Made by a program: the position numbers and the translations under genes
The notes under the pieces: model-generated
What the model was told of the DNA's origin: nothing
Databases searched by the model: none
What the model saw: the letters and a program-made list of their open reading frames with translations, nothing else
Origin: Gammaproteobacteria bacterium
GTDB lineage: Bacteria; Pseudomonadota; Gammaproteobacteria; SZUA-229
DNA: 64,000 bases
Reading direction: 5' to 3'
NCBI GenBank assembly: GCA_029881795.1
Contig: JAOULX010000011.1
Span: 41,083-105,082 of the forward strand
Part shown: positions 7,282 through 16,887 of the stretch, piece by piece
Layout: each line of letters begins with the position of its first letter
How positions within the stretch are numbered: position 1 is the stretch's first letter

Positions 7282-10104
7282 TTAACAAATCAGGTCTTCA
7301 ATAGTCTTTAGTAATGTCGAGTTTTTTACAGGCTTTCTTAAAAAAGCACGTATACCTATTTCTTTGGCGCTCTTTTCATCGATGTGTTCGCTAAAGCCTG
7401 TACAGAGAATGATGGGTAGTTCGGGTCTGATAGATAATATTTCTTGTGACACTTCTTTGCCAGTAAGGTTGGGCATGGTCTGGTCGGTGATGACGGCATC
7501 AAAGTTGTTAGGTGATGCTTTAAAGGCAGCTAAAGCAAGTTGGCTGTTATCAAAGAGAGCAACCTCATAGTCTTTTGATGTAAATACGGCTTCAAGTAAA
7601 TTTAAAATATTTTTTTCATCGTCAATAATTAAAATACGTCTGTTGCCAGTATGTATTTTAGATTTATTTTCTGCTTGCTGAATTCCTGGGGTGTCAGTCG
7701 CCGCAGGTGCTGATGTAATTGGGATGAATAAACTGAAAATGGTTTGACCGGGTTCTGTTTTAACTTGTATGTGCCCGTCATGGTCATGTGTGATGCCGTG
7801 GACCATTGCCAGGCCCATGCCAGTTCCTTTGTTGACGTCTTTTGTGGTCATAAAGGGCTCAAAAATTCGACTGAAGTCCTGTTCTGGAATGCCAGTGCCC
7901 GTATCTTCAATTGAAAATTCTATATAGTCTCCACTGAACTTATGGTGGCAGGCATCGCATAACTGGTTATTAACCGGGAGGCGTTTTACGTTGATGATAA
8001 GATGCCCCTGTTGATTCATTGCATCTTTTGCGTTAATACAAAGGTTAACAAGGCATTGTTGCATCATGACGGCGTCAATTAGTATTGCTGGTAAGTCGCT
8101 TTCGATATTTGTTTCTAAGCTAATGCTTGTTGGGATCATGGGCCTCAACATGCTGACGAGTTCTTTTACAAAGTTATCAATATCGATAACAGCGGCGTCA
8201 CTTTTATTGATGCGAGAATAAGCCAGTAATTTTTGAATCAGGACGCGAGCATTTTCTCCAGAAGTACTGATTGTATTCAAATAGCTTAATAGCTCTTCGT
8301 CATTGAATTTTAGTTTGACTCTTTCTGATGCTAAATCAGTGAATCCGAGTACGCTGTTAAGCATGTTGTTGAAATCGTGAGCAATACCCCCGGTTAACTG
8401 GCCAATTGATTCCATTTTTTGTGCTTGTTGTAATTGGTTTAGCAGGTCTTTTTGGCGCTGTTCATGCTGTTTTTGTTTGCGCATGTCTCTGCCAGATCCC
8501 GCCAATCCGAGCAGGTTACCTTGCGCGTCTTGAATGCGGGCGCCGTTAAAGTAATAAGGGACGATACCATCAGTTGTTATTAAACCGGCTTCGACTTCTG
8601 CCTGACCGCTCTCTAAAGTGTTTTTAATGGCCAATGAAATGGCTTCATGGTCGTCTTTTGCGATCACGTCAAGTGCATGCAGGTTGCCAATTTGATCGGG
8701 TTGTTTACCGGTAACTCGGCTAAAGGTCTCGTTCCACCAGACAATATTGCCGTCAGTGTTTAGACGATACATTACATCGGGTACGGTCGATGTAACGGTT
8801 TCGTATTGTTTGACGACATTGGCCAGGTGTTTTTGTAATGTATGCTGTTCTGTTATGTCCCAAAAAAAACCCAGTACACCGATGAGTTGTTTGTTTTCAT
8901 CGTAAACGGGTGTTTTAACGGTGTTGATGTACCCTTTTTCACTGTTTTCATTTTGATATGTTTCGATAAAGGTAAGTGTTTCGCCTTTGTTGATGACTTC
9001 CTGATCGCCTTGTTGATAAAGTCTGGCGTTATGAGGAAACAGTTCGTTGTCACTCTTGCCGCTTATCTCATGACTGTCGAGTCCAATCTCGTCTGCAAAG
9101 CGTTGATTGCAGGAAATATAGACTGAATTAGTGTCTTTCAAAAATATACTTTCAGGCAGGTTCTCAATCAGTGTTCTGTATTTGTGTTCATTTTTTTCGA
9201 GCGCAAGATTCGCTTTGCGCATACTTCTGGTATAGCCCCAAAGTCCTAGTGAAATAGCAATGAGTAATGCTGTCAGAACAGCAATGCCGGTAATCAGAAA
9301 TACTTCATTCTTTGTGAATCCGGATAAGACGCGTTTACCAAACCACTTGTCATATATGAGTTGATATTTGCCGTTTTTTTTAATTTTTTCGATGCCGGTA
9401 TTTAACTGTTTTAATAAAGTTATGTTGCCTTTTTTTACTGTCATTGACCAGCTGAGTTTTCGCAATGGGTCACCAGTGACTTTTATGTTTCTTTCCAGAT
9501 GTAGTTTTTGCGCTAAAAACAGAATGATTTGCTCGGGATAAATAAATGCATCGGCATGACCATTAATTAGCGCAATTAAGCCTTCTGCAGGCGTGTTTAC
9601 TAAGTAGCAGTCAATTTCTTTAAATTTTTTCAGGTAAATGTGAGTTATGTGGCGATTTACACAAGCTACTTTTAGTCCTGATAAATCACTGATGGAGTGA
9701 ATATTGTATTGTTGGTCACGAACAAAAATGGATTCCGGCATTTCAATAATGGGCTGCGAAAAATCCATTGTTTTAGTCCGCTCAATTGTGTAGCCGGTAT
9801 CGTGAATCAGGTCTGCTTTACCTGAATCTAGCCAGCTGAGTACAGTAGGCCAGCTGCTGCTATGAATATGTGTGGCAGTGATACCCATTTCAAGCATAAC
9901 CGCATCTGCTATTTCAGAAGCAAAGCCTGTTAGCTCACCCTGATCGTTTAGTAGATTGATAGGTGGAAAGTTATTTGATGAGGCAATCACCACTACCGCT
10001 TTGGGAGCCGATGTTATGGTCTTTATGTTTTCCTCAGCCAGAACAGGTGAGAGAAAAATAAGAGTAAGGCAAATAGAGCGCAAACTTTTTTGAGAAAGCG
10101 TCAT
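7282..10104 (-). CDS. Hybrid sensor histidine kinase / response regulator with periplasmic solute-binding (Venus-flytrap, SBP_bac_3-like) sensor, TM, 2 PAS, HisKA, HATPase and C-terminal REC
   Basis: 940 aa with signal peptide. The periplasmic region resembles amino-acid-binding proteins. The histidine box HDFNNMLNSVLGF, G-boxes and a C-terminal receiver (RILIIDDEKNILNLL...) are present. Confidence 0.8.
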   Translation of the reverse strand: MTLSQKSLRSICLTLIFLSPVLAEENIKTITSAPKAVVVIASSNNFPPINLLNDQGELTGFASEIADAVMLEMGITATHIHSSSWPTVLSWLDSGKADLIHDTGYTIERTKTMDFSQPIIEMPESIFVRDQQYNIHSISDLSGLKVACVNRHITHIYLKKFKEIDCYLVNTPAEGLIALINGHADAFIYPEQIILFLAQKLHLERNIKVTGDPLRKLSWSMTVKKGNITLLKQLNTGIEKIKKNGKYQLIYDKWFGKRVLSGFTKNEVFLITGIAVLTALLIAISLGLWGYTRSMRKANLALEKNEHKYRTLIENLPESIFLKDTNSVYISCNQRFADEIGLDSHEISGKSDNELFPHNARLYQQGDQEVINKGETLTFIETYQNENSEKGYINTVKTPVYDENKQLIGVLGFFWDITEQHTLQKHLANVVKQYETVTSTVPDVMYRLNTDGNIVWWNETFSRVTGKQPDQIGNLHALDVIAKDDHEAISLAIKNTLESGQAEVEAGLITTDGIVPYYFNGARIQDAQGNLLGLAGSGRDMRKQKQHEQRQKDLLNQLQQAQKMESIGQLTGGIAHDFNNMLNSVLGFTDLASERVKLKFNDEELLSYLNTISTSGENARVLIQKLLAYSRINKSDAAVIDIDNFVKELVSMLRPMIPTSISLETNIESDLPAILIDAVMMQQCLVNLCINAKDAMNQQGHLIINVKRLPVNNQLCDACHHKFSGDYIEFSIEDTGTGIPEQDFSRIFEPFMTTKDVNKGTGMGLAMVHGITHDHDGHIQVKTEPGQTIFSLFIPITSAPAATDTPGIQQAENKSKIHTGNRRILIIDDEKNILNLLEAVFTSKDYEVALFDNSQLALAAFKASPNNFDAVITDQTMPNLTGKEVSQEILSIRPELPIILCTGFSEHIDEKSAKEIGIRAFLRKPVKNSTLLKTIEDLIC

Positions 10105-10631
10105 TTAACTAATGCAACCTGAAGATAATTTGAATGAGCATCCATTTGTTTGTATCAAATTAGTGTGGGACCTGAATATGTTACGTTATGTAATCAGTAT
10201 AGCATCGGAATATATGTTTATAATGAATTGGCAGGAGTTATAACGAATTATTGTTGTGGTTATTGTCGTTTAAGAAAATGATAGTAAAAAATTGAAGTGA
10301 TCTTGCAAAAATCGTCAAAATCAACAGTAATAGTCCATTGAGTGGTTTGCAGTAATTATTGATAAGTATATTATTATTTGATTCTTTATTGAATTAATGG
10401 GTTCGATAGTTTGTAGGCAGTCGATTGACTGCAAGCATGCAGTGGTTTGTTGTGATTTAAAACATAAGTTTTAACAAAGCCGTCATCACACGTGCCCTGT
10501 TTTTCTAACCAGTGTACTGTATGTTGCCGACTAATACGAGAGAGCCGGATATAAGTAATGTAGAGGCTGCTACCGCACCTGAGAACCCTAGGCAAATGGC
10601 GGTTCCCCTAATGTCTCCGCCTGAGCAGTAT

Positions 10632-10772
10632 TCAGGTCCCCCCGATTAATTTAATCTCGACTTCTTTAGTTATTAAGCGGTATCCCTGCTCATCGGGTTT
10701 ATCAACGGGCTTGGATACAAAAGACAGCTCGAAAGTAAAAAAAATAATGCTAGCGGCAGATATTGTTTTCAT
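10632..10772 (-). CDS. Possible small (46 aa) ORF with strong Shine-Dalgarno sequence, N-terminal hydrophobic segment
   Basis: GGGAGGA SD 6 nt upstream of ATG; MKTISAASIIFFTFELSFVSKPVDKPDEQGYRLITKEVEIKLIGGT. Below ORF-track size cutoff; no homology recognised. Confidence 0.2.
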   Translation of the reverse strand: MKTISAASIIFFTFELSFVSKPVDKPDEQGYRLITKEVEIKLIGGT

Positions 10773-10819
10773 TGTCCTCCCTAAATAGAGTTTTTTATAT
10801 TTGTAAAAGGGCTTTGAGC

Positions 10820-11446
10820 TCAGGTTTTTTTCTCGCCGATTTTTTCTTCTGCGCCTGATGTCAGCTTTTGAATATTGCTTCGGTGTCTCCAGAATAACAT
10901 TAGCGTTAAAATGGCTGACATGATAATTAATGGTTGAGCCTCATTGATCTTCCAGATTAAAAAAGGCGCACAGAATGAAGCGATAAGAGCAGACAGGTAT
11001 GATGTTCTGAAGGTGGCGGCGGTGAATAACCAGATGCCAATCACGCTTAAACCGATGCGTCAATCCAGTGCAAGATAAACACCGAGTGCGGTTGCGACAC
11101 CTTTACCGCCTTTGAATTTTAAAAACACCGGGTATAAGTGGCCGATAAAGGCAGCAAATGCAACCAGAGCCAGCACGTTATAATCAACAGCCAAATAGAT
11201 GGCGATTAATACCGGTAACACGCCCTTGAACATGTCGCCAATTAAGGTGATGATAGCGGCTTTTTTACCGGCGTTGCGTAATACATTGGTAGCACCGGGA
11301 TTTTTCGAGCCACTAAGGCGCGGGTCTTCAAGGCCCATTAATTTACAGGTAATCACGGCGCTCGATACCGAACCAATGAGATAAGCTGCAACGATCAGTG
11401 CCCAGCTTTTGGGGTCGTTAATACCTAATGCAATAAAAGAGTCCAT
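10820..11446 (-). pseudogene. Diverged duplicate of plsY (G3P acyltransferase) with in-frame TGG->TGA nonsense codon at 11060-11062
   Basis: N-terminal 128 aa are about 97% identical to intact PlsY (14492-15118). TGA replaces the Trp codon (ALDW->ALD*), and the remainder continues in frame (RIGLSV...) with about 80% identity. Nucleotide identity to the intact copy is about 88-90%. Confidence 0.75.
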
Positions 11447-12134
11447 GAAAAACCTTAAATCTGAAAATAATCACGCTAGCATACACCAGGAACGTCAAAA
11501 GGTGCAGTGTGTGTTTGTGCATGGCTGGGGTATGAACAGTGCGGTCTGGGATTCATTGATTAACAAGTTGCCAGATTATTTTGAGCCTGTTTGCATTGAT
11601 TTTCCCGGGCATGGCCAGTTCAACCAACTCGGCTTTGAAAGCTTACAAAATCTGGTTGATCATTTGCTGCAACAGTCGGCTAGTACTCTGTCAGGCCCGG
11701 CCATCTGGGTAGGCTGGTCACTGGGCGCGTTATCGGTATTAGAGTTCAGTTTCAGTGGGCTGAAAACCTTCGCCTTAAATACCATGCAAAAATCTGATGG
11801 CAGTGAGCAGTCAAAAGCCGATATCGCGCTGGCCTTTGAAGAGGCTGTGGTCGATACCTTAATGATTAAATCACGCCGCGCAATCCGTGAGACCGGTATA
11901 AAAACGCTGGTGATAGCTGGCGGAGTGGGAGCCAATCAGCGCTTGCGTCGTGAGTTATCGTCCATGGCAGAAAAAGAAGGTGGCCAGTTGTATTATCCAC
12001 GGGTTGAATTTTGCACCGACAATGGCGCGATGATCGCCTATGCCGGTTGCCTGCGATTGCAGGCAGGACAAACCGAAGATATAAAAATAAATGTTCGGGC
12101 ACGCTGGCCGATGGAGGAGTTGGTGAGCTTGTAG
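11445..12134 (+). pseudogene. Chimeric ORF: N-terminal about 100 aa of a BioH paralog fused in frame to the last 131 aa of TsaD
   Basis: Residues to ...[12 protein letters not shown] resemble BioH (about 80% to 15117-15944). From EFSFSGLKT... the sequence equals the TsaD C-terminus. Nucleotides 11785-12131 are essentially identical to 5967-6306. The junction sits at GTTAG microhomology. Confidence 0.75.
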
Positions 12135-12563
12135 ATTTTAATTTTAAAATCAAATGAATGGATAAGCAGCAGCGAGTGATCCTGCTCTGCTAGTTATATA
12201 GTAAGTTATGATTATCTGATTTGGCTATATAGAACTTTGTAGGTAATCTAAGCGGATGGCGAGGCTGTTTTATTACAGCCAAAAACGTACCCTAAAAGGC
12301 TGTGTTAACATTCTTTACCCTGACGGCTGGCGCTTTTGTATGAGCATTCCTGTTCAAGAAACCTAATTTGTCATCCATCACGAATCAATCCCTTTGGAAC
12401 AGTGCGCGGTAAACTGTGAAAAAGGAAGGTGAATCAAAACCGATATAAACTAATTTTTTTTGACGAGAGATTTTTATTTATAGATTGGTTCTTTCTACTT
12501 TTCGAGGTCGATGGAATATAATCGTCATCAGATTTATCCTACAGTCTTTATGGAAATCTCTGA

Positions 12564-13484
12564 TTGATGTTAAAGCCTTGTTTGGCGAATAATGAAAGAC
12601 ATAAAAACATTTATAAATTTCAAGGGATTATGAAAAAAATTTTGTTATTTGTGCTTGTCACGCTTTCGGTTACGGTCCAGGCCGATCCTTTTAATATCTA
12701 CCTGCCTTTTAATACTCAATATGCACCCGGTGTCATGGATCAAATGGAAATGGCATTAGTTCTAGGTGTTGGTAATACGCGTAAAAATTTCCAGCTGCAA
12801 GTTGCACCACAAACCGATGACGAAAAATATATAGTACTCGAAACTGAAACTGATGAGTTTCTGGATGTTTCGTTCGGGTTTTCAGTGGGGCTGGGTTATG
12901 GCTTTGAATTTGAATTAAATGCAGGTGGCAGTGGTGTTACGTCTTTAAAGTATGATTTTGATAACGCTCATTCAAATTGGAAAAATTCAGTTGTTATTGG
13001 TGGGTTAAGATCGATAAGTAGAGGTCATGGTGGTGCGTTTATCCCACAGCCAGAACAAAGCTGTAGTTTTTTTGATATTTTTTGCTTCATGGATTTATCT
13101 GAGGTGTTGGGTTTTTTATGTTTTAGTTGTTCAGAACCGGGTAGTTACGAATATGTTTATCAGGCAGATATAAAAGGCAGCACGTTTGCGTATATGCAAG
13201 GCTATCAATATTCCGCATTGGTCATGCCGTATTGGGGTGTTTATTATGTAGGCTATGATATTGATCTTAAAGTAACGGATAATACGGGGGCTGATAATCA
13301 TCAATTTAAGGAAGTTGCAACCGATCTGATGGCGTTGGTGTTAGGGACGAAATGGCGACTGGGAAAGAAAGACAATAACTTTAATAAATCGATGATATTA
13401 AATTATCTGGCCTATAAAGACAGTTCGCTCCACGATGGCGAGTTTAACACCGAGATAAAAATGTCATTTTCAATGATGTTTTAA
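12564..13484 (+). CDS. Hypothetical secreted protein, probable outer-membrane beta-barrel (C-terminal ...MSFSMMF), likely start at 12630 (MKKILLFVLVTLSVTVQA signal peptide)
   Basis: Signal peptide, alternating aromatic/hydrophobic pattern, terminal Phe; AT-rich relative to neighbours. Confidence 0.5.
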   Translation: MMLKPCLANNERHKNIYKFQGIMKKILLFVLVTLSVTVQADPFNIYLPFNTQYAPGVMDQMEMALVLGVGNTRKNFQLQVAPQTDDEKYIVLETETDEFLDVSFGFSVGLGYGFEFELNAGGSGVTSLKYDFDNAHSNWKNSVVIGGLRSISRGHGGAFIPQPEQSCSFFDIFCFMDLSEVLGFLCFSCSEPGSYEYVYQADIKGSTFAYMQGYQYSALVMPYWGVYYVGYDIDLKVTDNTGADNHQFKEVATDLMALVLGTKWRLGKKDNNFNKSMILNYLAYKDSSLHDGEFNTEIKMSFSMMF

Positions 13485-13642
13485 TAAAATAATAGGCTTT
13501 TCTGGCAGGTAATGCCTGTAAATAAAAACACACAGAGATATTTTATATTGATAATGTCTGGTTCGAACTGTGTTACATTTGGCAGTACCAAAGCCAATGC
13601 TAGATTGTAGTCTAGCGGGCATGCAAAAACAGGAACGTAAAG

Positions 13643-14041
13643 ATGAGTAAGTTAAAAGAATCGGGGTATAGAGCTCTGGTTGTGGTTGAAGAGATTGGTT
13701 TGCTAATTATTGCGATAGCAACTGTCATTGCAATTGGTTTTGAAGTTGTGCAAATGTTTGAGGCGAAGAAAGTAACGCTTGCTGATCTTTTGTTGTTATT
13801 TATATTTCTTGAAGTATTAGCTATGGTAGGAATATATCTTAAAACGGGAAAGCTGCCTGTCCGTGTCCCGCTTTATATTGCCGTGGTGGCAATAGCCCGT
13901 TATATGATTCTTGACATGAAGAATCTCGATACACTGAGGGTGCTTGGTCTCGCTGGTACTGTTTTAATTCTTACTTTATCTATACTGGCTATTAGATATG
14001 GTCACACTAAATTCCCCTATAAAGAGACAAAAGACAACTAG
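13643..14041 (+). CDS. psiE: PsiE-family (phosphate-starvation-inducible) inner membrane protein
   Basis: 132 aa, 4 TM; LLLLFIFLEVLAMV...IAVVAIARYMILD conserved PsiE motifs. Confidence 0.65.
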   Translation: MSKLKESGYRALVVVEEIGLLIIAIATVIAIGFEVVQMFEAKKVTLADLLLLFIFLEVLAMVGIYLKTGKLPVRVPLYIAVVAIARYMILDMKNLDTLRVLGLAGTVLILTLSILAIRYGHTKFPYKETKDN

Positions 14042-14491
14042 TTAGTTCTTTAAAAAGTCGCTAAAACGGGTCGCTCTTTTTGGCTTGATTGTAATAAGGA
14101 CTGGGGTCATAGGAAGGATGCACCGAAACTATTGCAATAATACTTTTAATAATAGGCTTGGAAGTTTTTGGATTTTCCTGATTCGAGCAGTTTGCCGGGT
14201 TTTCAAATAGCGATCTTAATACGGCTTTCTGAAAGCTGTTATTGTATTTTTTTAGCTATTACTAGCCAGTGAATGCTGCTGCTCGGTTTACTCCTTAGCA
14301 TGACGGGGTGTCTTTTCTAATGCCGAGTTTCATTTGCTTTATTATCAGGTTATACCTTGTCTGATTATTTCTCTGGTCAGTTTTCTGGTTTGTGAAAGTT
14401 TAGAAATAACTTCGCAGTTAGCTAAACAAGTAACGCTACAAAAATGGGTAGGTTATTTAATCTATCCCTGTGTTATAAAACTATTAATAAC

Positions 14492-15118
14492 TTAAGAATT
14501 CTTTTTGCCAATTCTTTCTTCAGCGCCTGATATTAAATTCTGAATATTACTGCGGTGTCTCCAGAATAACATTAGCGTTAAAACCGCAGACATAATAATT
14601 AAAGGCTGGTTGCTGCTGATTTGCCAGATTAAAAAAGGTGCACAGAATGAAGCGATAAGAGCAGACAGTGATGATGTTCTGAAGATGGCGGCGGTTAATA
14701 ACCAGATGACAATCACGGCTAAACCGATGCGCCAGTCCAGCGCCAGATAAACACCGAGTGCAGTGGCAACGCCTTTACCGCCTTTGAATTTCAAAAACAC
14801 CGGGTATAGGTGGCCGATAAAGGCAGCAAAGGCTACCAGTGCCAGTACGTTATAATCAACGCCTAAATAAATCGCGACCAGTACCGGCAGTACGCCCTTG
14901 AACATGTCGCCTATTAAGGTGATGATAGCGGCTTTTTTACCGGCGTTGCGTAAGACGTTGGTGGCGCCGGGGTTTTTCGAGCCGCTAAGGCGCGGGTCTT
15001 CAAGGCCCATTAATTTACAGGTAATGACTGCGCTCGATATAGAGCCAATGAGATAAGCCGCGACGATCAGTCCCCAGCTTTTGGGGTCGTTAATACCTAA
15101 TGCTATAAAAGAGTCCAT
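14492..15118 (-). CDS. plsY: Glycerol-3-phosphate acyltransferase PlsY (intact copy)
   Basis: Start at [15 protein letters not shown]... by comparison with the paralog and PlsY family. [28 protein letters not shown] is a conserved motif. The ORF-track N-terminal extension to 15250 is spurious. Confidence 0.85.
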   Translation of the reverse strand: MDSFIALGINDPKSWGLIVAAYLIGSISSAVITCKLMGLEDPRLSGSKNPGATNVLRNAGKKAAIITLIGDMFKGVLPVLVAIYLGVDYNVLALVAFAAFIGHLYPVFLKFKGGKGVATALGVYLALDWRIGLAVIVIWLLTAAIFRTSSLSALIASFCAPFLIWQISSNQPLIIMSAVLTLMLFWRHRSNIQNLISGAEERIGKKNS

Positions 15119-15944
15119 GAAAAACCTTACATCTGAAAATAATCCCGCTAGCATACACCATGATGAGACGCAGGGGCAGTATGCCAAAGTACAATGTGTC
15201 TTTGTGCATGGTTGGGGAATGAACAGTGCGGTGTGGGACTCTTTTATCAATCAGTTACCGGATTTTATTGAGCCGCTTTGCATTGATTTGCCTGGCCATG
15301 GCCAGTTCAACCAGCTGGGCTTTGAAAGCTTACAGGATCTGGTTGATCATTTGCTGCTGCACGCTGACAAGCGCCTGACAGGCCCAGCGATCTGGGTTGG
15401 CTGGTCGCTGGGGGCGTTGCCGGTGTTAGCGCTGGCGCGGCAACAGCCTGAAAAAGTCAGGGCACTTTGTTTGCTGGCCAGTAACCCCTGTTTTGTGGTC
15501 AGAGCCGACTGGCAAGCGGCGGTTGAAGAATCGGTGTTTGACTTGTTTGCTGATAACCTGCAGCAAAACATAGAGAAAACATTGCAGCGCTTTTTAAGCC
15601 TTCAGGTTCGAGGTATGGCAGAGTCTCGCGATGTGTTGCGTTTGTTACGGGCGGCGATTGTGGGACAGGGTTTGCCCTCTTCGGCAGCTTTGGCAAGCGG
15701 CTTGGCTGTTTTAAAATCGACTGATTTGCGAGCAACGCTGGGTGCGCTGGCGGTGCCACAGTATTGGTTGCTGGGTGAGCATGACAGCCTGGTGCCGGCA
15801 GCCTTAAATGATTATTTAGGTGTTCAAGCAGGTGTCAAATCACATATCATAGATGGCGCGGCACATCTGCCTTTTGTTTCTCACCCCGAAGACGTTATGC
15901 AACAACTACTCTCAATTATCGATGTAAACCGTATCCATGATTAA
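15117..15944 (+). CDS. bioH: Pimeloyl-ACP methyl ester carboxylesterase (alpha/beta hydrolase)
   Basis: [13 protein letters not shown]...[11 protein letters not shown]...LLASNPCF match E. coli BioH and it is followed by bioC. Start uncertain: ATG 15117 overlaps the plsY start as CATG; ORF-track start 15081 overlaps plsY by 38 nt. Confidence 0.8.
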   Translation: MKNLTSENNPASIHHDETQGQYAKVQCVFVHGWGMNSAVWDSFINQLPDFIEPLCIDLPGHGQFNQLGFESLQDLVDHLLLHADKRLTGPAIWVGWSLGALPVLALARQQPEKVRALCLLASNPCFVVRADWQAAVEESVFDLFADNLQQNIEKTLQRFLSLQVRGMAESRDVLRLLRAAIVGQGLPSSAALASGLAVLKSTDLRATLGALAVPQYWLLGEHDSLVPAALNDYLGVQAGVKSHIIDGAAHLPFVSHPEDVMQQLLSIIDVNRIHD

Positions 15945-16743
15945 ACCTGGCAGTGTGATTAATAAAAAATGGATACGACGTGCGTTTGATAAAGCGGCCG
16001 TAACCTATGACGATGCCGCTGTGTTGCAGCGTGAAGTTTGTACTCGCATGCTGGAACACCTTGATGCGGTGAAAATGGTGCCTGAAACGGTATTGGATAT
16101 TGGTGCAGGTACTGGCTTCGGGGTCGGTCTGTTAATGAAGCGTTATAAAAAGGCGCATATTACCGCAGTTGATCTGGCTCCCGGCATGCTGAAGCGGGTG
16201 GCCAGGCAGGGCAGTTGGTTACGTAAGCCGACATTGATATGCGCCGATGCCGATCATTTACCGATTGCTGATAACAGTGTGGATATGATTATATCGAGCC
16301 TGATGTTGCAATGGAGTGGCGATTTAGAGCGCACTTTTCGTGAGTTTCGGCGAGTACTAAAGCCCGGTGGTGTGCTCATGTTTGCAAGCTTTGGTCCGGA
16401 TACGTTAATGGAATTGCGCAGTAGCTGGGCGCAGGTCGATGGCGACGGCCATGTTAATCAGTTTATGGATATGCATGATGTGGGTGATGCTCTGCTGCGC
16501 AGTCAGTTCGCTGACCCGGTCATGGACCGGGAGATGCTGACATTAACCTATCAAAAAGTCACCGATCTGATGCGAGATTTAAAAGCGATTGGTGCTAATA
16601 CCCCTTCCAGTGGGCGTCGCCGTGGTTTGATGACGGCCGCTACCCTGTCTGCTGTTGAGCAGGCCTATGAGCGTTATCGACGCGATGGCGTGTTACCGGC
16701 CAGTTATGAAATTGTCTATGGCCAGGCCTGGCTGGCGGAATAG
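15937..16743 (+). CDS. bioC: Malonyl-ACP O-methyltransferase
   Basis: 268 aa; SAM-binding VLDIGAGTGFG motif; WIRRAFDKAAVTYDDAAVLQREV N-terminus typical of BioC; overlaps bioH stop (operon). Confidence 0.8.
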   Translation: MIKPGSVINKKWIRRAFDKAAVTYDDAAVLQREVCTRMLEHLDAVKMVPETVLDIGAGTGFGVGLLMKRYKKAHITAVDLAPGMLKRVARQGSWLRKPTLICADADHLPIADNSVDMIISSLMLQWSGDLERTFREFRRVLKPGGVLMFASFGPDTLMELRSSWAQVDGDGHVNQFMDMHDVGDALLRSQFADPVMDREMLTLTYQKVTDLMRDLKAIGANTPSSGRRRGLMTAATLSAVEQAYERYRRDGVLPASYEIVYGQAWLAE

Positions 16744-16887
16744 TTACGGTTAGCTGAGCGCTTCTGTACACAGCGTTTGATTTTTTGTAGCTATTTACCA
16801 GTAATAATCTGGCAAAAAGTCTGGTTATTTGTGTGTCTATATATGTGGAGAAACAGTAGCCAAATATCTGTTTCTTTTACAATATTG

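Noticed and set aside
11060-11062. The TGA in the plsY paralog as selenocysteine or programmed readthrough.
   Set aside because: No SECIS-like hairpin is evident downstream. The position is a conserved Trp in the intact copy. The remainder of the paralog is also degraded (80% identity, fused neighbour). A plain nonsense mutation is the simplest reading.
11866-12153. Antisense ORFs 11660-11935 / 11866-12153 that duplicate 5877-6110 / 6041-6277.
   Set aside because: They are mirror translations of the duplicated tsaD 3' segment on the non-coding strand. Their identity just reflects the DNA duplication.
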